Below, piece after piece: positions 56,919 to 64,000 of a DNA stretch of 64,000 bases. The notes under the pieces are model-generated. The model searched no databases. It was not told the origin of the DNA and saw only the letters and a program-made list of their open reading frames with translations. Both the position numbers and the translations under genes were made by a program. Positions within the stretch are counted from its first letter, which is position 1, and each line of letters begins with the position of its first letter. Location: assembly GCA_902727985.1 (NCBI GenBank), contig CACVAY010000103.1:11086-75085 (forward strand), in the 5' to 3' direction. Source of the stretch: an uncultured Thiotrichaceae bacterium. Its GTDB lineage: Bacteria > Pseudomonadota > Gammaproteobacteria > Thiotrichales > Thiotrichaceae.

Positions 56919-58688
56919 TTGGAATATCGTAAAAAACTAGAAGAAGAATTTCTAGAAGTTATATCGAATCACTCGGCTGCTATTCCCTTCCCTGTTTTTC
57001 TTGCAGCTCTATTGATGGCTGTATCTGCCTCAATAAGTCCAGATCTTACGTATCTCCCCTTTATATGGTTGCTAGCTGTTTTCTTTGTATTGCTGGTTCG
57101 CTGGTTTTTTTTACGGGATATATTGACCAGTAAATATGTGAGTAAAGAGAATCGAATGACTTTGGTTATTCGTTTAAGTTTGCTTAACGGACTGGTTCAT
57201 GCCTCTGCAATATCCTTTTTTGATCAGTTGGATAGCCCCGAAAGAGCGGTTCAAACATTGTTGTTGTTAGGTGTTTCTGTGGGGGCCGTGGCAACAACAA
57301 GTGGTCATCGTCAGATATTTTCCGCATTTGCTTTTCCCGTGTTTATTTCTTTGTTCCTTTCTTGGGGCTTGTTTGGGGTTGATAAAACAGTTGAGGATAC
57401 ATTTGAAAAACAATTCTATCGATATGCGATTCCTTTTTTCCTTTTACTGTTTTTGATGGTTTTGCTTTCTCTGGCTAAAAACTATAGAAAAATGTTTACG
57501 GAATCTTTCAATATGCGTTCGCAGGAAGAGAAGACGAATGCGAAACTTAAAGGCTTAAATACACAGTTAACACAAGCTTTGGAAGAGACAACAGAAGCCA
57601 ATGCCTCGAAGACCCGTTTTCTAGCAGCAGCCAGCCATGATTTACGACAGCCAATTCATACTCTTACATTTTCTAGTACGGCCTTGTCTCTCCAAAACTT
57701 AGATGATGAATCAAGGCGAATTTCAAGGAATATGGATAAGGCCATTCAGGCTTTATCGAAACAGATGGATTCACTGTTAGATATTTCTAAATTAGATGCA
57801 GGAGTCGTTGAATTAGAGCCAGAAGTTTTCTCGCTGCATGACTTTTTGAATCAGTTGCATATCAATAATCTGCCTCAAATGCAGGATAAGCATGTAGAGT
57901 TTACGCTGGATCTGCCTGTCGTCATGGAAAATTTAGATATTGAGACGGATTATGTTCAGTTTAGCCGTATTGTAAATAACTTATTAAACAATGCACTCAA
58001 ACATACTGAGGAAGGGCAGATTAGTATTGAATTGAAGAAGGTAGGTGGAAAAGCTCTTCTTTCGATTATTGATACAGGAGAGGGCATTTCTGAGGATGAC
58101 CAAAAGAAGATATTTGATGAGTTTTTTCAGGTAAAGAATCCGCAGAGGAGCAGCAAAGAGGGGCTTGGATTGGGATTATCTATTGTTAAGCGCCTAATAA
58201 AGTTACTGGATATGCCGTTTCAATTGCAGTCCGTTCTGGGAGAAGGAACCAAGGTTACTTTAGAAATCCCGCTTATTAATGGCAATAATGAGGGGGGAGA
58301 GGAACAAGAATTCCCCTCATCTGATGCTCGTATCAATATTCTGTGTGTTGATGATGATGAACAAATTCTTGAGGCATTGAGAACCGTTTTTGAAGCAATA
58401 GGTTATGGCGTATATCTTGCGTCAGGGACTGATGCTGCAATGGGGGTGATTGAATATCATACGCCTGACATTTTACTGGCCGACTTGAGGTTAGAAGGTG
58501 AAGACAGTGGTTTTGAAACGGTGCGTTCAGTACGCGAAGTTCTTCCAAATCTCCCCGCCTTTTTGATTACAGGAAATATTGATCCGCAGAGTTTGAGAGC
58601 AGCTCGTGAAGCAGGGGTGGAGATGTTACACAAGCCTCTAGAGCCCAAAATCTTATTACAAAAAATTCAGGTGGCTTTAGGGGCTTGA
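56919..58688 (+). CDS. hybrid sensor histidine kinase (membrane-embedded sensor, HisKA-HATPase-REC)
   Basis: 589 aa with a TTG start. About 6 TM helices come first, then H box FLAAASHDLRQPIHTL, N box NLLNNALKHT, G1 IIDTGEGIS and G2 GLGLGLSIVKRL. The receiver is ILCVDDDEQILEAL...DILLADLRLEGEDSGFE...FLITGN...HKPL. Confidence 0.9.
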   Translation: MEYRKKLEEEFLEVISNHSAAIPFPVFLAALLMAVSASISPDLTYLPFIWLLAVFFVLLVRWFFLRDILTSKYVSKENRMTLVIRLSLLNGLVHASAISFFDQLDSPERAVQTLLLLGVSVGAVATTSGHRQIFSAFAFPVFISLFLSWGLFGVDKTVEDTFEKQFYRYAIPFFLLLFLMVLLSLAKNYRKMFTESFNMRSQEEKTNAKLKGLNTQLTQALEETTEANASKTRFLAAASHDLRQPIHTLTFSSTALSLQNLDDESRRISRNMDKAIQALSKQMDSLLDISKLDAGVVELEPEVFSLHDFLNQLHINNLPQMQDKHVEFTLDLPVVMENLDIETDYVQFSRIVNNLLNNALKHTEEGQISIELKKVGGKALLSIIDTGEGISEDDQKKIFDEFFQVKNPQRSSKEGLGLGLSIVKRLIKLLDMPFQLQSVLGEGTKVTLEIPLINGNNEGGEEQEFPSSDARINILCVDDDEQILEALRTVFEAIGYGVYLASGTDAAMGVIEYHTPDILLADLRLEGEDSGFETVRSVREVLPNLPAFLITGNIDPQSLRAAREAGVEMLHKPLEPKILLQKIQVALGA

Positions 58689-58734
58689 GGCCAAAGACGT
58701 GTGGGTATAGGAATAACAAAAGAGGGGGGTGGGT

Positions 58735-61700
58735 ATGTCGGCACAAATGCAATTTTCAAAGGGTTGGATTGCGGAAGGTCTTGAGCAATGTATTGTTGAA
58801 CAAGAAAGTCATGGGAGCCAAGTTGCTGACTTTGATGTTATTATCATTGGTAGCGGCTACGGTGGGGCGATTGCGGCAGCTGAGCTGGCAGGTGCTAAAG
58901 ATTCTGAAGGAAATACGATTTCAGTTTGCATTCTTGAGCGTGGTAAAGAATTTATTCCTGGGATGTTTCCTGCGGCAGAAGAAGAGTTGCCAGCAGAAGT
59001 GCGTGTAACTGCCCAAGGTAGTAAGCGCTCAATGGGGGCAATGGACGGCCTCTTTGATCTTAGAATGGGGCCTGAGTTAAACGTGGTTTTGGGAAATGGC
59101 CTTGGTGGTGGGTCGTTGATCAATGCGGGGGTGATGGATCGACCGTTAAAAAACGTTTTCCAAACCGGCTGGCCGCGCGCATTTACTGAATCTGCAAAGA
59201 TGGATGCTTATTATGATGAGGCGTCAGAGCTGGTGGGTAGTTCGGTTGGTAATGAACCGAATACCATTCTACGTCATAACAGCCATCAGGCTGAACCGCT
59301 GAAGAAATACCAATCCCTAAAAGAACTCAGTCATCTTAATATTGAAAATTGTTCATTTCGAGCAGCACCAATAACGGTATGTATGCAAGAAGGTGAATTG
59401 AACAGTGCAGATATTCCCTTGCATGCTTGTACCTTATGTGGAGATTGCGCTACTGGCTGTAATCATGGGGCAAAAAACTCATTAGATACGAATTTATTAG
59501 TGACGGCGAAACAACGGGGTGCTCGCATATTTACTGGCGCAAGCGTTATTAAGCTAGATGAGGGTGAGAATGGTGTTTGGGAGCTTGAAGTTGTTCATAC
59601 ACAGTCATCATTGCGTATTAAACAGGGGCACCCTTATAGTCTTCGTGCAAAGAAGGTCATTGTGGCTGCGGGAGCATTGGGCTCTACAGAAATATTGACG
59701 CGTAGTCAGCAGCAAACTCAACTGGAATTTTCAGCAAGGTTGGGAAAAGGCTTCTCTTCTAATGGTGATATGTTGGCGGTGGGGTATAAGCAAAATCAGG
59801 AAGCGAATACGATTGCAGATGAGGCGGTTGAATTCTCCAAGCGTCATGTTGGGCCAACCATTACGGGGATGATCGATCGACGTGACCCTCTGAATAAGAA
59901 GGGATTACTGATTGAAGAAATGTCGGTTCCAGCAGCAATGAAGCGGGTATTTGCTGAACTCTATACGACAGCCAATACCCTGCATAGTATGGAGAACTAT
60001 GATACTGGACGTCATCAACGTGCTTATGTAAAAAATGACCCCGCTAGTATTAACCAGGATGCACTAAAACATACTTCTCTCTATGCAGTGATGGGGCATG
60101 ACGATAATGTTTCACAAGGACGCTTGGAGTTACAGCCCACATCACTTTTCCCCACTGACAATACATCGAAATATCAGGAAGGTGTGATCCAAATACACTG
60201 GCCAGAGCTAGGTAAAGAGCCGTTATTTACCCAGCAGATAAAAACTTTGGCAGAAATGCTGAAAGAATCAGGTGTGGGTGGCAAGGTGATTGCAAACCCT
60301 GGTTGGAAGTTGTTACCCGACTCCATGATGTCTCTAGTTGATAATCAGGTTGGTGCATTAACTACTGTACATCCGCTTGGCGGTTGTTCGATGGCAGACG
60401 ATGTTGAGTCTGGTGTGGTTGATGATTGTGGTCGAGTTTTCCGTCGCATGGCAAAGCAAGATGATCCCTACTATAGCGGCTTATATGTATTAGACGGTGC
60501 GATTATTCCAAGCTCGCTTGGCATTAATCCTGCGTTGACAATTGCGGCGGTGAGTTTGAGGGCTGTTCGGTGCTTGAAAAAAGAGTGGGGCTATAGCGAT
60601 GCTTCGGGGGAAGCTGTCGTTGAGGTGCCGACTCCGCGTCCTATTTGTAACGAGCCACCTTTGCCTAAAGATAATCAGCCTACTGAAATTGAAGTGGTTG
60701 AACGTCTATCTGGTGATGCAAGAATTACGGATGATAAAGGAGAAAGCCATGATGTAGTCATTGAAGTGACCTTATCTTTTGCATCGAAAAAGGTTCTCGA
60801 TTTATGTCGAATGAGTGCTGAGTCTGATCATGAGGCTGAGGCTGGACGTTTACGAACCAAGGATAACAAAGACACTCATGAGTTAGAACGAAATCAAATA
60901 CGTGTATACCTAAAGAAGGATTGGGAAACATTACAGAGAACCATTTATAGCCCAGAACATATGAATAAGTTTGGCTCTAATTTGGCATATCTTGAAAAAG
61001 AAATGGATAAGGCTGCGACCTTTATTGGTGATGTTTCTGGAACCTTGGATGTATTTACCCGTGATAAGAGCTATTTCGTGCCCAGAGTGGCGCGTGTGCT
61101 TGGTTATTCATGGCTATTCAATCGTGGTCTGCGAGATACGTGGCAGCAAATGTTTCCCAAGCATTATGAAAAGAAACCTGGCCATGGTGAGAGAAAAGAG
61201 GGGGTATTAAAACGCATTGTAAAGCCAATCTCTAATTCCTTGAAACTCGCTTCTCGTGCAGGCGAAAAACGCATGTTGGAATATGCGCTGAACATAGACG
61301 ATGTTCGTGTGGGTAAAAACTTTCGTTCATTAAAGGGAACCTCGATTAAGGGTTTTAAAGTCTTTACCTATGCACGTCGTGCCAATCCATGGTGGCAGTT
61401 GGCAGAAATCTATTTAACAGATTTCCAGGGCCTAGAAAAGCACCCTACTGAAAAGAAAACAATTTTGAGGCTCGATACGCGTTATCTCGCAAGAATTAAT
61501 GTGCCTCTGCTGAGATTGTCTCGGCAAAGTGATCAATACAAGGCATTGATGGATGTGATGTCTTTGGGAATGTATGTGGTGCGACTACTCGTCAGTATCC
61601 ATTTGTGGAGTTTCCGAAGTCCTGATACGCCTGCGCCTCATGAACCAAAACGACTGCCGCAAAAAATCACTGGTCTGCCAGAGCCTGAAGTCAAGATGCT

Positions 61701-64000
61701 AACGGTGGGGGAGATCCCTAAAAATTCGGTGGATAATTTAACAAAGGGTATGGACGTTAAGATCTGCCTCACGCGTTATCCTCGCAAAAATAGCAATAAA
61801 AATCCGGTTGTGATGCTTCATGGTTATAGCGCCAGTGGAACATCATTTACGCACAACACCATCAATAAAACCTTGGTTGAATCATTTTGGGAAGATGATC
61901 GTGATGTGTGGATCCTGGATATGCGTACCAGCGCGGGTATGCCAACAGCGAGGTATCCATGGCGTTTTGAGGATGTAGCACAAAACGATATTCCCGTTGC
62001 CTTTAATTATATCTATGAGATGTGCAACAACAAGCCGGTTGATGCTTTGGTGCATTGCATGGGGTCAGTGATGTTCAGTATGTCAGTATTGATACCGGAG
62101 AGGATTAATTTTGACAATGCATATTTCAACAAGCTGCCTGCTTTTGATAAAAATATGGATAAGAGCCGTTTTTATGAAAAGCGTGTGAATGCTGTTATTT
62201 ACTCTCAAGTGACACCGATGGTGGTGTTTAGCCCAGGTAATCGTTTTCGGGCACTTTTAACCTCCTATTTGAAAGAATTGATTCCCCAGGATTATCACTT
62301 CAAACCTGTCAAAGAGCCTGGTTTGCTGGATCAAATACTTGACCGAGTGCTCTATACGCTTCCTTATCCAAGAAGCGAGTTTGATAGAGAAAACCCACCT
62401 TACAAGCCATGGAAGCGGGTAACTTTTGCGCGGACTCGTCATCGTATGGATGCGCTTTATGGCAGAGATTTTAATTTGCAGCAAATTGATGATGAGGTCA
62501 TGGAGAATATTGATGACCTATTTGGGCCGCTGAGTATTGATACGGTCTCTCAAGCCATTCACTTTAATCGGCAAAATATCATTACCAATCCTTATGGCAA
62601 GAACGAATACGTGTCTTTTGAAAATATGCAAAACTGGACGTTTCCCACCTGTGGTTTTCATGGGGGTTCGAATGGTTTAGCAGATATTGCAACGGCTGAG
62701 CGTACCAAACACTTTTTTGAATCCGCTGGACATGATTACCACATTATTCAGCACCCGGGTAAATATGGGCATCAGGATTCCTTGATAGGCCGAGATGCCC
62801 ATAAGGATATTTTTAAGCCCATTTTAAGATTCCTTCGTGAGCTTGAAGATAAAAAAGCAAAGACGGGTGACGAGCGTGTTGAAAAAGTGAAAGTGGTCAC
62901 AGAGGCGGGGGATGTTGATATCGAGATGCCCTGGTTTGGTCCTGTTTGTTATCCTGCTGACCAGAGCAGTAAAGCGAGAGTGCTGGTAGGCATTGACCCA
63001 ATACTCACCACAGCATATCCCCCTGTGTTTATTCCGATAACACGTACGGAAACGGGCGGACGAGCAATAATGGATGCGGGGGGCTTAAGTTTGCAGCGGG
63101 TTATTAGTGAGTACACAACCGTCTTTTTGAACCATTATCGAGATTCTAACTTTGAAAATTTTCAGCGTGAGCATCAATGCTTTGTTGAAAATTACCCTGA
63201 GTATTTATTACCACATAGCACTGAAATTGATGAGGTATTGGTCGTATTGCCCTATTTACGTTTCCCTGAAACGCCAGCGAAAACTGGCTCAGTTGATATT
63301 AAAGCTGCACAGGGGATGTTAAAAAAGGCGATATGTGACTTTGTAAACTCTGAGGGGGATATCAGTCTGGCTTGCATTCAACCGTATGGAGATAAGGATG
63401 AACAATCAGATACGATCATGGTAGCGTTTGGTAGCTGTCAATATACACATGGAATGCTGGATGAGGAGTTGTCATTCAAGAGTTATCATAAGCTTTCCAA
63501 TCGTCTGGCAGATGAAAAAGAGAATAAGCCTGATTTACTTTTGTTAATGGGGGATCAGGTGTATACCGACCCAACTGCGGGGTTATTTGATCCGCGTTCG
63601 AATGCTGATCGGTTTATTCAGCCCTATAAGCGTTGGTTGAGCAATAGGTTTGTACGCGATGTATGCCGTCAACTTCCCATGTATAGCATGCTGGACGATC
63701 ATGAAATCGTCGATAATTGGGAGCCAATTGCAAAGAAGGCTCAAGAGGTCTACCCAGAATACGCTGCTGATTTGAGAGAGAAAGCTGAGTATGGTGTGCG
63801 TGCTTATCTCTGTTTTCAGCGAGGAAAATTTGACCAGGATATTCAAGAAAAGTCACGAAATGATCTTCCAAAACTCTGGTATAGCTTTCAACGTAAGGGT
63901 TTTGACTTCTTCATGATGGATACTCGCACGGATCGTGGCATTAGAACGGCAACGGCAGAAGATGGGCTAATTTCTCAAGCACAATGTGATGATCTGAGAG
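58735..64000 (+). CDS. giant multidomain protein (more than 1755 aa, 3' end outside the window): GMC/cholesterol-oxidase-like flavoprotein, unknown middle region, alpha/beta-hydrolase and PhoD-like metallophosphodiesterase
   Basis: This ORF is absent from the ORF track because it has no stop before the window end. My codon-by-codon translation from ATG 58735 (SD-like GAGGGGGG at 58722-58729) found no stop.
- GMC domain: FDVIIIGSGYGGAIAAAELA (58849 onward), CTLCGDCATGCNHGAKNSLDTNLL, VAAGALGSTEIL, and HPLGGCSMADD (60370 onward) with LYVLDGAIIPSSLGINP.
- Alpha/beta-hydrolase: NPVVMLHGYSASGTSF (61801), VHCMGSVMF (62050) and KYGHQDSLIG (62761).
- PhoD-like domain: VAFGSCQY (63421), LLLMGDQVYTD (63538) and MLDDHEIVDNWEP (63688). 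Confidence 0.85.
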   Translation, partial: MSAQMQFSKGWIAEGLEQCIVEQESHGSQVADFDVIIIGSGYGGAIAAAELAGAKDSEGNTISVCILERGKEFIPGMFPAAEEELPAEVRVTAQGSKRSMGAMDGLFDLRMGPELNVVLGNGLGGGSLINAGVMDRPLKNVFQTGWPRAFTESAKMDAYYDEASELVGSSVGNEPNTILRHNSHQAEPLKKYQSLKELSHLNIENCSFRAAPITVCMQEGELNSADIPLHACTLCGDCATGCNHGAKNSLDTNLLVTAKQRGARIFTGASVIKLDEGENGVWELEVVHTQSSLRIKQGHPYSLRAKKVIVAAGALGSTEILTRSQQQTQLEFSARLGKGFSSNGDMLAVGYKQNQEANTIADEAVEFSKRHVGPTITGMIDRRDPLNKKGLLIEEMSVPAAMKRVFAELYTTANTLHSMENYDTGRHQRAYVKNDPASINQDALKHTSLYAVMGHDDNVSQGRLELQPTSLFPTDNTSKYQEGVIQIHWPELGKEPLFTQQIKTLAEMLKESGVGGKVIANPGWKLLPDSMMSLVDNQVGALTTVHPLGGCSMADDVESGVVDDCGRVFRRMAKQDDPYYSGLYVLDGAIIPSSLGINPALTIAAVSLRAVRCLKKEWGYSDASGEAVVEVPTPRPICNEPPLPKDNQPTEIEVVERLSGDARITDDKGESHDVVIEVTLSFASKKVLDLCRMSAESDHEAEAGRLRTKDNKDTHELERNQIRVYLKKDWETLQRTIYSPEHMNKFGSNLAYLEKEMDKAATFIGDVSGTLDVFTRDKSYFVPRVARVLGYSWLFNRGLRDTWQQMFPKHYEKKPGHGERKEGVLKRIVKPISNSLKLASRAGEKRMLEYALNIDDVRVGKNFRSLKGTSIKGFKVFTYARRANPWWQLAEIYLTDFQGLEKHPTEKKTILRLDTRYLARINVPLLRLSRQSDQYKALMDVMSLGMYVVRLLVSIHLWSFRSPDTPAPHEPKRLPQKITGLPEPEVKMLTVGEIPKNSVDNLTKGMDVKICLTRYPRKNSNKNPVVMLHGYSASGTSFTHNTINKTLVESFWEDDRDVWILDMRTSAGMPTARYPWRFEDVAQNDIPVAFNYIYEMCNNKPVDALVHCMGSVMFSMSVLIPERINFDNAYFNKLPAFDKNMDKSRFYEKRVNAVIYSQVTPMVVFSPGNRFRALLTSYLKELIPQDYHFKPVKEPGLLDQILDRVLYTLPYPRSEFDRENPPYKPWKRVTFARTRHRMDALYGRDFNLQQIDDEVMENIDDLFGPLSIDTVSQAIHFNRQNIITNPYGKNEYVSFENMQNWTFPTCGFHGGSNGLADIATAERTKHFFESAGHDYHIIQHPGKYGHQDSLIGRDAHKDIFKPILRFLRELEDKKAKTGDERVEKVKVVTEAGDVDIEMPWFGPVCYPADQSSKARVLVGIDPILTTAYPPVFIPITRTETGGRAIMDAGGLSLQRVISEYTTVFLNHYRDSNFENFQREHQCFVENYPEYLLPHSTEIDEVLVVLPYLRFPETPAKTGSVDIKAAQGMLKKAICDFVNSEGDISLACIQPYGDKDEQSDTIMVAFGSCQYTHGMLDEELSFKSYHKLSNRLADEKENKPDLLLLMGDQVYTDPTAGLFDPRSNADRFIQPYKRWLSNRFVRDVCRQLPMYSMLDDHEIVDNWEPIAKKAQEVYPEYAADLREKAEYGVRAYLCFQRGKFDQDIQEKSRNDLPKLWYSFQRKGFDFFMMDTRTDRGIRTATAEDGLISQAQCDDLR

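Overview
This 64-kb window looks like ordinary chromosome from an AT-rich, Gammaproteobacterium-like genome (roughly 40% G+C by eye, not computed). I recognised no transposase, integrase, phage gene or CRISPR array.

Gene content, left to right:
- An RND efflux pair: a periplasmic adaptor plus a permease that runs off the left edge.
- Housekeeping genes queA, an rluA-like gene and prc.
- A two-part surface-polysaccharide locus. The minus-strand block at 10.1-18.5 kb holds an initiating phosphoglycosyl transferase, two GT2 enzymes, an LbH acetyltransferase, a membrane-anchored EEP phosphoesterase, a Wzy-like protein, Wzx and an AT3 acyltransferase. The plus-strand block at 20.8-29.7 kb holds an O-antigen-ligase-like protein, a Wzc-type BY-kinase, two GT4 enzymes, a second AT3 and a large GT-C-like membrane protein. 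Three unrelated small genes sit between the blocks.
- hrpA and a BI-1/YccA-family gene.
- A Pil-Chp twitching-motility chemosensory cluster (pilG, pilH, pilI, pilJ, chpA and a chpC-like cheW).
- A large lipoprotein, then pepA-holC.
- An orphan region, then dnaG-rpoD followed by an ileX-like tRNA(CAU).
- A hybrid histidine kinase, then an ORF of more than 1755 codons that runs off the right edge.

Two long ORFs are missing from the supplied ORF track because they have no stop inside the window: 1-3035 on the minus strand and 58735-64000 on the plus strand.

The most interesting observations are:
1. chpA is split into two overlapping frames exactly at an A_AAA_AAA heptamer, followed by a 5-nt spacer and a 9-bp GC-rich hairpin. 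This resembles the dnaX/IS3 -1 frameshift cassette. It would yield a FimL-like, histidine-less Hpt protein and a full-length 1775-aa ChpA from one gene. The null hypothesis is a homopolymer indel or sequencing error.
2. The giant right-edge ORF fuses a GMC/cholesterol-oxidase-like flavoenzyme, an alpha/beta-hydrolase with Cys at the nucleophile elbow, and a PhoD-like phosphodiesterase. It lies directly downstream of the hybrid kinase.
3. A G9 tract lies inside chpA.

All functional calls rest on motifs I read in the translations. No database search was possible.
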